Origin: an uncultured Bacteroidaceae bacterium
Lineage (GTDB): Bacteria; Bacteroidota; Bacteroidia; Bacteroidales; Bacteroidaceae
Assembly (NCBI GenBank): GCA_964439955.1
Contig: CAYTPX010000001.1
Coordinates: 41,334-105,333 of the forward strand
DNA length: 64,000 nt
Reading direction: 5' to 3'
Part shown: piece after piece, positions 7,646 to 16,477 of the stretch
How positions within the stretch are numbered: the first letter of the stretch is position 1
Layout: the number at the start of each line of letters is the position of its first letter
The notes under the pieces: model-generated
Seen by the model: the letters and a program-made list of their open reading frames with translations, nothing else
What the model was told of the DNA's origin: nothing
Databases searched by the model: none
Made by a program: the position numbers and the translations under genes

Positions 7646-8161
7646 TCAGTTGGCATAACCGAGCTTGGTGAGCACTTCGTTGCTGATGTCGATTTTGGGC
7701 GTGGCATATATGACGCTGCTGGCCGAGGCGCGGTCGATGACCATGGAATAGCCCTTCAACTCGGCCACTTCCTTCACGGCATTGTAGATTTCGTCCTGTA
7801 TGGGCGCCATGAGGCTCTCGCGCTTCTTGTAGAGTTCGCCCTCGGGGCCGAAATATTTGTGCTTGAGGTCGCGGGCTTCCTTCTCCTTGGTCGTGATTTC
7901 TTCCTCGCGCTTGGTCTTCTGCTCGGCAGAGAGGAAGACGCTTTCGCTCTGGTAGTTCTTGTAGAGCGTCTCGGCCTCCTTGGCCAAGGTCTCCACTTCC
8001 GCCTGCCAGCGGCGGGAGGACTGGTTCAACTGCTCGTTGGCACGCTCATAGGCGGGTATGTTCTTCAGGATATACTCCATGTCGACTAACGCGTACTTCT
8101 GCGCGGAAGCAAATGAAGCGGCGCAGAAAAGGACGATGAGGATAAGAAATGTCTTTTTCAT
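7646..8161 (-). CDS. skp: OmpH/Skp family periplasmic chaperone (second tandem copy)
   Basis: 171 aa, signal peptide MKKTFLILIVLFCAASFASAQ, coiled-coil body, directly downstream of bamA. Confidence 0.85.
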   Translation of the reverse strand: MKKTFLILIVLFCAASFASAQKYALVDMEYILKNIPAYERANEQLNQSSRRWQAEVETLAKEAETLYKNYQSESVFLSAEQKTKREEEITTKEKEARDLKHKYFGPEGELYKKRESLMAPIQDEIYNAVKEVAELKGYSMVIDRASASSVIYATPKIDISNEVLTKLGYAN

Positions 8162-8191
8162 AATGCGTGCGTTTTTTTAGGTTGTTGCAAA

Positions 8192-8254
8192 GGTTTTTCC
8201 AAAAAGTGCCGCCGGTTTCCCGCAAAAGGGGCAAGGCTTCCGGAGGAAAGTGCT
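8192..8254. repeat. palindromic intergenic repeat cluster
   Basis: ggtttttccaaaaagtgccgccggtttcccgcaaaaggggcaaggcttccggaggaaagtgc. Confidence 0.7.
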
Positions 8255-10903
8255 TCAGAATTCTTGGCCCAGGACGAAGTGGAACTGGCTGCCGCCATAC
8301 TCTTTCGACCCGAATACCTTGTCGAACCCGTATCCCCAGTCTACGCCCATCAGCCCCACCATGGGCAAATACAGGCGAAGGCCAAAGCCGGCCGAACGTT
8401 TGAGGTCGAAAGGATTGAAACTGCTCGTGCGCGTCCAGCAATTCCCGCCTTCGAGGAAGCCGAGGGCGTATATAGTCGTGCTTGCTTCGAGCATGAGGGG
8501 GAAACGTAACTCAAGCCCCAAGCGGGTGTAAGCATAGCCATAATAGGCACTGTTCGGCGTAAGGGCGTTGTTCTCGTAGCCGCGCAGGGCGATGTTCTCC
8601 GTGGCATACGTCGTATAGCTCGTCATTCCGTCGCCACCCATCATGAAGGTTTCAAACGGGGAGCGCTTGTTTTTGTCGTAACAGCCCACGAAACCGAATT
8701 CGGCGCGGGTCATCAGCACCAAGTTGTGCGTCCCGCCCGTCAGCGGAGTATAGGTCTTGGACTTGAACTTCCACTTGTGGTACTCGACCCACTTGAACAT
8801 CTTGTTGTAATCGTCTTGGTTGCTCTGGTCGTAGGCCGAGTAATCCACCCCGTCCCACAAGGAGTAAGGCGGAGTCACCTGCACGGAAAGGGAAAATTCG
8901 GAGCCCCGGCGCGGGTAAATCGGGTTGTCCGTAGAATTCCGGCTCAGCGTCAATGTCAAGTTCAGGTTGTTGCACGTGCCGTCCGTGACGGGGAAATAGG
9001 CCCAATCCTTCAGGATATAGCGCGTATACGCCAGCTCGGCCATGATTTGGAAGTAGTTGTCCGGCCAAGAGAGGCGCTTTCCCCAGCCGACCGACACGCC
9101 AATGAGCTGGACAGACTTGTCCGGATCGTAATAGTTCGCGTAGTTGCTGTAATAACTATTGTAGCTCCCATAGCCGTAGTAGCCGCTATAAAGCGTGTTG
9201 TAGTAGTTATCGTAATAACTGCTATTGTAATACAGGCTGTTCACGTCCGTTTGTTTCGAATAGAAGGCCGATACCGTGAAAGAGTTCGGGCGCTTTCCGC
9301 CAAACCACGGGTCGTAATACGAAATACTGTAGCTCTGGTAGTATGCGGCATTCGTCTGTCCGCTCAGGCTCAGGGTCTGCCCGTCGCCTTGGGGCAGTAT
9401 TCCCCGGCTGTTGCGCCCGGGGTGGAAGATATTGGCGACGGAGAAGTTCGTGAACTTCAAGCCGATTCTCCCGATAAGCCCCGTCTGCCCCCAGCCCAAG
9501 GAGAACTCCACTTGGTCGCTACCCTTGGGCGTCAAGCCATAATGGAGGTCGACTGTCCCGTTCTCCGGGTTCGGTATTTGGCTGAAGTCTTGGGCTATTC
9601 TCTCTTGGTCGAAGTGTCCCATCTGCATCAGCTCGCGCATGGAACGCATGATGGCGTCGCGGCTGTACAGCTGCCCCGGCTTGGTATACAATTCGCGGCG
9701 GATGACGTTTTCGTAGACCCGGTCGTTTCCGCTGATGACTACCTTGTTTATCGTCGCTTGCCTGTCCTCGTGGATTTGGATCTCCAAGTCTATCGAATCG
9801 CCGTCTATATTGGTTTCCACCGGGATTACCTGCGCCCACAGGTAACCGTTGTTGGCATAAGCGGCGCTCACTGCATCTTCGTCCTGGAAGAGGCGCTCGT
9901 TCAACATTTTCTGGTTGTATACGTCGCCATTGCCGAGGCGGAGCGTATGATTGAGGTAGTCGGTCGGGTAGACAGTGTTGCCGAGCCACGTCACATTGCG
10001 CAAGTAATATTTCTGCCCCTCCGAAAGAGTCAGGTAAATGTCCACCGTTTTTTCGTCATAGTGAGCCACGCTGTCGAAAACGATCTCGGCATCGCGGTAT
10101 CCGAGCTCGTTGTATTTTTCAATGATCAAGGCCTTGTCTTCCTCGTAGTTGCTCTCTATGAATTTCTTCGTGCGGAAGAAGTTGCGCAGCTTTCCCTTTT
10201 CGTTTGTCTTCTTCATCACCCGTTGCAACTTGGAGGGGGTCATGGCCGCAACACCGTCGATATAGATCTTGTGGACTTTGATTTTCTCCTTTTTATCTAT
10301 ATGTATATTGACGAAGACTTGGTTTTCGCTGGAAATGTCGGGCTGCTGGTCGATGATTACTTCCGCGTTCTTGAACCCTTTGCTGTAGAAATAGCGCTTG
10401 ATGTAGGTCTCGGCGCGGTCAGTCATGTCGGGGGTTATCTGGTTTCCCTTTATGAAGCCTATCTGTGCCTCCAGCTCTTCCTTCTCTTTCTTCTTGACCC
10501 CGGAGTAGGTGATGCCGGAGATCCTCGGCCGTTGCGTAAGGGCTATTTGCAGATAGGCTTTGTTCCCCTCGACGCGTTCCAGCAGGACACGCACGTCGGA
10601 AAAGAGGCCGTTTGCCCAGAAGCGCTTGCAGGCGTTCGTCACTTCGTCACCCGGGATGGTGATAATCTGCCCCAGGCTCAGGCCCGAAATGCCGAGCAGG
10701 AGCGTCTGGTCTTGGTCTTTGATTCCGGTGAAGTTGATACCCGCCAATTCGTATTGCCTCGGCCTTTCGTAATCGACCTCAGGCGTTTCGCCTCTCAGCT
10801 CGGGCACGTCGGCCGCCAGCGTGTCGGGGCTTGTAGTTTGTGCCGCTGCTGCGCAGAACGGCAAGATGCAGAGAACCCAGAATATGCGTTGGAGTCGGTT
10901 CAT
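8255..10903 (-). CDS. bamA: outer membrane protein assembly factor BamA
   Basis: 882 aa, signal peptide, POTRA-like N-terminal repeats, C-terminal beta-barrel ending ...HFVLGQEF; synteny with uppS and skp. Confidence 0.93.
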   Translation of the reverse strand: MNRLQRIFWVLCILPFCAAAAQTTSPDTLAADVPELRGETPEVDYERPRQYELAGINFTGIKDQDQTLLLGISGLSLGQIITIPGDEVTNACKRFWANGLFSDVRVLLERVEGNKAYLQIALTQRPRISGITYSGVKKKEKEELEAQIGFIKGNQITPDMTDRAETYIKRYFYSKGFKNAEVIIDQQPDISSENQVFVNIHIDKKEKIKVHKIYIDGVAAMTPSKLQRVMKKTNEKGKLRNFFRTKKFIESNYEEDKALIIEKYNELGYRDAEIVFDSVAHYDEKTVDIYLTLSEGQKYYLRNVTWLGNTVYPTDYLNHTLRLGNGDVYNQKMLNERLFQDEDAVSAAYANNGYLWAQVIPVETNIDGDSIDLEIQIHEDRQATINKVVISGNDRVYENVIRRELYTKPGQLYSRDAIMRSMRELMQMGHFDQERIAQDFSQIPNPENGTVDLHYGLTPKGSDQVEFSLGWGQTGLIGRIGLKFTNFSVANIFHPGRNSRGILPQGDGQTLSLSGQTNAAYYQSYSISYYDPWFGGKRPNSFTVSAFYSKQTDVNSLYYNSSYYDNYYNTLYSGYYGYGSYNSYYSNYANYYDPDKSVQLIGVSVGWGKRLSWPDNYFQIMAELAYTRYILKDWAYFPVTDGTCNNLNLTLTLSRNSTDNPIYPRRGSEFSLSVQVTPPYSLWDGVDYSAYDQSNQDDYNKMFKWVEYHKWKFKSKTYTPLTGGTHNLVLMTRAEFGFVGCYDKNKRSPFETFMMGGDGMTSYTTYATENIALRGYENNALTPNSAYYGYAYTRLGLELRFPLMLEASTTIYALGFLEGGNCWTRTSSFNPFDLKRSAGFGLRLYLPMVGLMGVDWGYGFDKVFGSKEYGGSQFHFVLGQEF

Positions 10904-10960
10904 TTATCTATTTCGTTTGTCCGGCCGCCCTTGCGGCCCTTTTGTTAGTTTGATGCAGTA

Positions 10961-11025
10961 CTTTTTCGCCTTTCCCTTGCCGCTTTTTCCCGGAAGCCTT
11001 GGGGGAAAAGCGTGCCGGGGCAGGC
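10961..11025. repeat. palindromic intergenic repeat cluster
   Basis: cctttcccttgccgctttttcccggaagccttgggggaaaagcgtgccgggg. Confidence 0.65.
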
Positions 11026-11029
11026 ATTT

Positions 11030-11764
11030 TCACTTCAGTTGTTCGCTTGTCCGCCCGAAGCGCCGCTCGCGCCTTTGGTATTCCGCGACGGCTTTCCTCA
11101 GTTCCTCCTCCCGGAAGTCCGGCCAGTAGGTATCGCAGAAATAAAGTTCGGAATAGGCGCTTTGCCAAAGCAGGTAGTTGCTCAGGCGTTGTTCGCCGCC
11201 CGTCCGGATGAGGAGGTCGGGGTCGGGCATGTAGGAGGTGGCCAGGTTCCGGTCAATGACCTGTTCGTCGATGTCCGCGGGCTTCAGGGTCCCGTCCTCC
11301 ACCTGCTGTGCCAAGAGGCGCATCGTGCGCGTCAGTTCCCAGCGGGAGGAGTAGCTCAAGGCCAAGGTCATGCACATGCCCGTATTCGAGGCAGTACGCC
11401 GGATGCAGTGGCCAAGGGCTTGCCTGACGGGGGCTGCCAGTTTCTCCTCTTCCCCGATAATGCAGAAGCGGATGTTGTTCTTCATGAAAATCTCTTCCTC
11501 CAGCCTTTCGATAAGGAGGTTCATGAGTGCGGCCACTTCTTCCGCCGGGCGGCTCCAGTTCTCCGTGGAGAAGGTATAAAGCGTGAGGAACTTGATGCCC
11601 ATGCGGGCAGCCTCCTCGGCCACGGCGTGTACGCTGTCGGCCCCGGCTTGGTGGCCGAAACTGCGTTCCCGCCCCCGTTGTTTGGCCCAACGCCCGTTGC
11701 CATCCATGATGATGGCCACATGGGCGGGCAAGCGCCCTTGGTCTATTTGCTCTGAGAATGCCAT
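11030..11764 (-). CDS. uppS: isoprenyl transferase (undecaprenyl diphosphate synthase)
   Basis: [13 protein letters not shown] and [23 protein letters not shown] motifs; 244 aa. Confidence 0.95.
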   Translation of the reverse strand: MAFSEQIDQGRLPAHVAIIMDGNGRWAKQRGRERSFGHQAGADSVHAVAEEAARMGIKFLTLYTFSTENWSRPAEEVAALMNLLIERLEEEIFMKNNIRFCIIGEEEKLAAPVRQALGHCIRRTASNTGMCMTLALSYSSRWELTRTMRLLAQQVEDGTLKPADIDEQVIDRNLATSYMPDPDLLIRTGGEQRLSNYLLWQSAYSELYFCDTYWPDFREEELRKAVAEYQRRERRFGRTSEQLK

Positions 11765-11776
11765 TTCGTACCCATT

Positions 11777-12469
11777 TCAGTCATCTAATTTATTACAATT
11801 CGCGCACCGCGGGAAAAGGTCATACGAGACATATATCACGGTGAACGCATAGCTGTCGCGGTTCTTGAAGAACCCGCTCTTGATCCGGTAGGGGTCTACG
11901 AGAGGGGCAGCCCCGTCCGTCACGTCGAGCTCGTCGCTTAGCGAGAAACGCAAGGAGAGTTCCAAGCCGACGTTCCAGCGCGGGCGGAACTTATACTTCA
12001 CCCCCACGCCCACAGGCACGTTCATCGTGACAATCCTGCGGGCGGGAGCAGGGGCAAACGTAAGCCCGAGGCCGCCGGTTATGTAGGGAGTGAAACGGCG
12101 GTAGCCCAAGAATTCCTGGCCAATGCCGTAACCCCAGAAATTAGCCTCGAGCTGCACGCCGAGGTCGTACAGCGTGCGCGAGAAACTGCTCTCGTAGGGG
12201 AAGCCGTCGCTCCTGTCCACTCCTCCGCTAATGCCTGCCATCGCCAAGTTTCCTTTCAAGGCCAAACGGGGATTGAGCACGTAGCGTGCCAAGATTCCTC
12301 CCATCGGGCGTGTATTCTTGTAGGGCGTCGTGTAGTTTGCGTCGCCCAAATAGTAAGACCCCCCAGCCATCACGCCCAGCTCCATGCGGTACACTTCCTC
12401 CTGTGCCGCAACGCCAATAGGGGCGAGGAGCAGGAGTGTGGTACAAAAGAACTGGAAGCAACGTATCAT
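11777..12469 (-). CDS. outer-membrane beta-barrel protein, DUF6089-like
   Basis: 230 aa, signal peptide, alternating beta-strand pattern, conserved position upstream of uppS in Bacteroidota (family name from memory). Confidence 0.65.
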   Translation of the reverse strand: MIRCFQFFCTTLLLLAPIGVAAQEEVYRMELGVMAGGSYYLGDANYTTPYKNTRPMGGILARYVLNPRLALKGNLAMAGISGGVDRSDGFPYESSFSRTLYDLGVQLEANFWGYGIGQEFLGYRRFTPYITGGLGLTFAPAPARRIVTMNVPVGVGVKYKFRPRWNVGLELSLRFSLSDELDVTDGAAPLVDPYRIKSGFFKNRDSYAFTVIYVSYDLFPRCANCNKLDD

Positions 12470-12504
12470 CGGCAGGCATCATTTCAAGCATTATACCGGG
12501 GGAT

Positions 12505-13815
12505 TCAGATGTTATAACTGTTCAACCTTCCCCGGAAAAGCGTGGCGGACCCGCGTGAGCTGGAGCAGAAGACAATCCAGATGTAGCGTTCGTCGTCGGT
12601 AAAGGCCGAGAAATACGACCTGCCTTGGAAAGTCTCGGGGAAGAAAGTGTAGTTTGCATGGTAATCCCAATAAAGCCCTTTCGAGGTGTAGTACTCGGTG
12701 AAAGCGTCGCTGCCCGTGCCGCCGAAGACGTAGAAGTCGTCATCCCCGTAACGGATCATCTCGTGGTTTTCGTCAAAAGGAAGGTAATATCCCACCGAAT
12801 CCACCGGCCCCCATGCGCTCCAGTTGAGCAAGCTGTCTTCGGCCGCCAGCAGGCAGTGCCGCCCGAGCGTCTCGTCGGTCAGCCGCCCGAGCAGGGCAAC
12901 CTGTTCTATCCCGCTGTTGGTGGAGAGCGTATAGAGGCACGGATTGGTCCCGGTACGCGTGAATCCTTCGGCCGAGAAGCTCGTTTGCCACTCGTTGCCC
13001 TGCGTGGAGCAATAGAGCCCGCCCTTGATGCCGGACAGGTAGTCGGAGGTCGCGCCGAGCAACGTCTCCACGTCGCCGTCGCGGCTTAGCGACTCTTGGA
13101 GCGTCCATGTGCTCCCGTCGGAAGAGACATACACGTTTCCTTCGCCCACGATATAGAGCCTTCCGGCAAAGACGATGGGGGAATTATAGTCAAATTGCCC
13201 CGGCGTACTTTCCGAGCGCCAAGCCGTGGGGTCGTCGGACGGGGCGGAATAGATGTCCCCGTCTTCGGTAAAGATATAGACACGCCCTTGGTAGAGCAGG
13301 GTCTTGAGGCGGCAAGAAAAATCGGGCACGCCCTCGAATTCCGTCCATACGACGGAATCGGTATCTATCTGGTGGACTCTGAACTCAAGTTTTATGACGC
13401 TCCACGTCACGGTGCCCGACGCGTCATAGCCCATTGCGCGGAACAAGACGGGGCGGCGGCAATCGACCGAGGAGTCGCTCTGCAAGAGTTGGAACTCGCC
13501 CGACTCCAGCTCGAGGTACATGGTGGCGGAGGTACTGATCGTCAGCATCGCGCGGCTCAGGTCACTCTGGTAGGGAAGCGAGTCGGTATTGTAGACCAAT
13601 ACGGTGTCATTCAAGCCGCTCGTCTCGTCAACCGTAAGAGGGTAGTCGGTATAGTCGATGGCATTTCCATAACGGTCGAAGACAGAATCATAAAGGATGG
13701 AGTAGATGGTGGTCGATATTTCGACATAGTCCGTGTCGTAATCACGGCACGCAGGCAACGAAAGGAGACCGCCTAAAAGGAACAAAAGAAGTGTGAAATG
13801 GGATAAAATCTTCAT
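12505..13815 (-). CDS. putative lipoprotein, beta-propeller-like repeats, function unknown
   Basis: 436 aa; lipobox LLSLPAC at N-terminus; repeated G(R)LY/VY-type strands (GRVYIF, GRLYIVG, GGLYCS). Confidence 0.7.
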   Translation of the reverse strand: MKILSHFTLLLFLLGGLLSLPACRDYDTDYVEISTTIYSILYDSVFDRYGNAIDYTDYPLTVDETSGLNDTVLVYNTDSLPYQSDLSRAMLTISTSATMYLELESGEFQLLQSDSSVDCRRPVLFRAMGYDASGTVTWSVIKLEFRVHQIDTDSVVWTEFEGVPDFSCRLKTLLYQGRVYIFTEDGDIYSAPSDDPTAWRSESTPGQFDYNSPIVFAGRLYIVGEGNVYVSSDGSTWTLQESLSRDGDVETLLGATSDYLSGIKGGLYCSTQGNEWQTSFSAEGFTRTGTNPCLYTLSTNSGIEQVALLGRLTDETLGRHCLLAAEDSLLNWSAWGPVDSVGYYLPFDENHEMIRYGDDDFYVFGGTGSDAFTEYYTSKGLYWDYHANYTFFPETFQGRSYFSAFTDDERYIWIVFCSSSRGSATLFRGRLNSYNI

Positions 13816-13848
13816 CTTTTTGGTTCGTCGCTAAGACATTATGACGGG

Positions 13849-13856
13849 CAAAAGTA
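13849..13856 (-). promoter_or_regulatory. -7 promoter box (TACTTTTG) for the lipoprotein gene and downstream operon
   Basis: Plus caaaagta = minus TACTTTTG, about 34 nt upstream of ATG 13815. Confidence 0.4.
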
Positions 13857-13949
13857 GGAACTTTTCCTACTCCACCTTGTTCAATCACGCAAGTTTTATA
13901 ATAAATTAGTGTTACTCGCCTGCCGTTTAAGGTCATTCATGCAAGAGTT

Positions 13950-14012
13950 TGCGCGGAAACCGCCTGCACTTTCGCACGGAAGCGCAGGCGGTTTCCCGCA
14001 AAAACGGCAAGG
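13950..14012. repeat. palindromic intergenic repeat cluster
   Basis: gcggaaaccgcctgcactttcgcacggaagcgcaggcggtttcccgcaaaaacggcaaggctttttt. Confidence 0.7.
13956..13997 (-). terminator. hairpin downstream of patB
   Basis: ggaaaccgcctgc 13956-13968 pairs perfectly with gcaggcggtttcc 13985-13997 (13 bp). Confidence 0.4.
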
Positions 14013-14018
14013 CTTTTT

Positions 14019-15200
14019 TCAGTTTCCGCCCAGTGCCGCGCGCAGCCCGTCCAAGGCTTTGCGCAGGTAGGCACGGGGGCATCCGCAATTAAGCCGCATG
14101 AACCCTTCCCCCTCGCGGCCGAACATCGTGCCGCTGTTGAGCGCCATCCGGGCTTTCGTGCTGAAGAGCCGTTCCAATCCCTGCTGCGGCAAGCCCAAGG
14201 CGCGGCAGTCGAGGAACATCAGGTAGGAGGCCTCGGGCACGACGGGGCGTATGGCGGGCAGGTGCTCGCGGCAGTACTGCTCGACGAAACGGAAGTTGCC
14301 CTCCACGTAGTCCAGCATCTGGACGAGCCAATCCGTGCCGTGGCTGTAGGCCGCCTCGGTGGCAATGGGGCAAAAGAGGTTGCCGCTGGCCAGTTCGTTC
14401 TCGTCGAGGAAGCGGAAGAAAGGCTCACGTAGCTCCGGGTTGGGCACGAAGCAGTGGGCGCTGCCCAGCCCGGGCAGGTTGAAAGCCTTGCTGGGGGCCT
14501 GGAAGGTGAGGGAAATCTGCCGGGCCTCCTCTCCGGTCGAGGCGAAGGGCGTATGCACGCGGGGCTTGAAAGTAAGGTCGGCATGGATTTCATCGGAGCA
14601 TACGAGGACGCCTTCCTCGTGGCATACGGCGGCAATCGTTGCCAGCTCTTCCCGTTTCCACACCATGCCGCCGGGATTGTGCGGGTTGCAGAGGAACAAC
14701 ATGCGGCAGCCCCGTATGTCGTGGCGGAAGCGGCCTTCGTTGAAATGGTAGTGCCCCTCGCCGTCGTAGTCCAGCGCGCTCCATACCACCTGGCGCCCGT
14801 TGTGCGCCGGAAGCAGGTGGAAGGGGTGGTAGACAGGAGGCATGACCATCACTTTCTCGCCCTCCCGCGTGAAGAAAAGCAGGGCCATGGCCAACGCCGG
14901 CACGACGCCGGGCATGAAATGTATCCACTCCCGCTCGACCCGGAAGCCATACCGGTCGCGGTTCCAGCCTATGATGCTCTCGAAATAGGAGTCGCCCTTC
15001 AGGCTGTAGCCCAGCACCTCGTGGTCGAGGCGGCGGCGCAGGGCGTCGATGATGAAGGGGGGCGTCTTGAAGTCCATGTCGGCTATCCAGAAAGGCATCA
15101 GGTCGTTCCGCCCGTAGAAGGGCTCCATCCCGTCCCATTTGATGCAACCCGTGCCCCGGCGCTCCACCGGTGTGTCGAAATCGTACTGTACGTGTTCCAT
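14019..15200 (-). CDS. PLP-dependent aminotransferase, MalY/PatB cystathionine beta-lyase type
   Basis: ORF 14019..15338 trimmed to ATG at 15200 (MEHVQYDFDTPVERRGTGCIKWD); PLP-lysine context QAPSKAFNLPGL. Confidence 0.85.
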   Translation of the reverse strand: MEHVQYDFDTPVERRGTGCIKWDGMEPFYGRNDLMPFWIADMDFKTPPFIIDALRRRLDHEVLGYSLKGDSYFESIIGWNRDRYGFRVEREWIHFMPGVVPALAMALLFFTREGEKVMVMPPVYHPFHLLPAHNGRQVVWSALDYDGEGHYHFNEGRFRHDIRGCRMLFLCNPHNPGGMVWKREELATIAAVCHEEGVLVCSDEIHADLTFKPRVHTPFASTGEEARQISLTFQAPSKAFNLPGLGSAHCFVPNPELREPFFRFLDENELASGNLFCPIATEAAYSHGTDWLVQMLDYVEGNFRFVEQYCREHLPAIRPVVPEASYLMFLDCRALGLPQQGLERLFSTKARMALNSGTMFGREGEGFMRLNCGCPRAYLRKALDGLRAALGGN

Positions 15201-15210
15201 GTTTCTATCG

Positions 15211-16377
15211 TCATTTGAGGTTGTTTCCTTCCTGTCCCCCCGCGCCCTTCCTCTCGGCCCATTCTTCCAAGAGGCGGCGCAAGAAGGGTTTCGGCTCGCG
15301 GCCGCGGTCGAAAAGCAGGGGGTAGTCGTGCCGCCCATGCACGGGGAAATTGTTCTTCCACGAGTCTCCGTCAGTCAATCCCCATGCGGTCACGCGGCTG
15401 ATGCAGTCCGCGTTGCGCACAAAGAGGTCGAAAAACTGGCGCATGCGTGCATTCCATTCCTGCGAGACCTCCGCGGGAAGGCCGTCGGGATAAGGGTCGA
15501 TTTCCCGGCGGTAGGCAGCCGTATCGGAGACGTCGGCACTGGCGGTAACAAAAGGAAGGGCGCTCATGTCCCATTCTGTCACCATTACTTTCACGCCCGC
15601 CCCGGCAAAGGCGCGGATGCTTTGCTCGAACTGCCCGGCGTCGGGGTAGTCCATGCCCATATGACCCTGCATCCCGACGGCATCGATGCGGATTCCTTCC
15701 GATTTCAGCCGGCGCACAAGGCGTACCACGGCATCACGCCGCCCGGGAACGTCCATCCCGTAGTCATTATAATAAAGCTCTGCCTCCGGGTCCGCCTCAT
15801 GGGCGTAGCGGAAGGCGAGCGCGATGAACTCCTCGCCGAGGATCTCGTAGAATGGGGAGCGGCGGAAAGAGCCGTCTTCGAGAATGGCTTCGTTCACGAC
15901 ATCCCACCCTTTCACCCGGCCACGGTAACGGGATACGATGGTTTGTATGTGGGTTTTCATACGCTGCCGGAGTATTTCGGGCGAGACATCATGCCCTTTC
16001 CCGTCTTTGCAGAACCACGATGCCAACTGGGAGTGCCAGATGAGGCAATGACCGACGACAAACATGCCGTTTTCCTCGCCGAAACGGACAAAGCGGTCAG
16101 CCGCTTCAAAGTCGAACCGCCCCTCCTCGGGATGGATCGTCTGGCACTTCATGCAGTTTTCCGCCACGATGGAATTGAAATGCGTGCGTATCAGCGCGCA
16201 ATCCGCCCCCTCCGGATGCCTCATCTGCCAGTCGTTTACGGCAACCCCGACAAGGAATTTCCCTTCGACCGCTTCCCGCAACGGGGGGAAAGCACTCCCC
16301 CCTTGGGGAGAAGTGCCAAGGACGCCAGGCTGCAGCCCGGCACAACAGAGTAAGAAAAGAAGTAATTTTGCCTTCAT
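15211..16377 (-). CDS. glycoside hydrolase family 10 endo-1,4-beta-xylanase, secreted
   Basis: 388 aa, signal peptide; IVAENCMK, WDVVNEAI (acid/base Glu) and VTEWDM (nucleophile Glu) motifs. Confidence 0.88.
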   Translation of the reverse strand: MKAKLLLFLLCCAGLQPGVLGTSPQGGSAFPPLREAVEGKFLVGVAVNDWQMRHPEGADCALIRTHFNSIVAENCMKCQTIHPEEGRFDFEAADRFVRFGEENGMFVVGHCLIWHSQLASWFCKDGKGHDVSPEILRQRMKTHIQTIVSRYRGRVKGWDVVNEAILEDGSFRRSPFYEILGEEFIALAFRYAHEADPEAELYYNDYGMDVPGRRDAVVRLVRRLKSEGIRIDAVGMQGHMGMDYPDAGQFEQSIRAFAGAGVKVMVTEWDMSALPFVTASADVSDTAAYRREIDPYPDGLPAEVSQEWNARMRQFFDLFVRNADCISRVTAWGLTDGDSWKNNFPVHGRHDYPLLFDRGREPKPFLRRLLEEWAERKGAGGQEGNNLK

Positions 16378-16404
16378 TGCCTATTCCTCCATAAATCCCT
16401 CCCT

Positions 16405-16470
16405 TTGCAGGAAAACACCCCGCCTTGCCCTTCCGGGCAAACGGCGGCAGAGGTTTCCCCGCAAAGGGAG
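16405..16470. repeat. palindromic intergenic repeat cluster
   Basis: ggaaaacaccccgccttgcccttccgggcaaacggcggcagaggtttccccgc. Confidence 0.6.
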
Positions 16471-16477
16471 GATTGGC

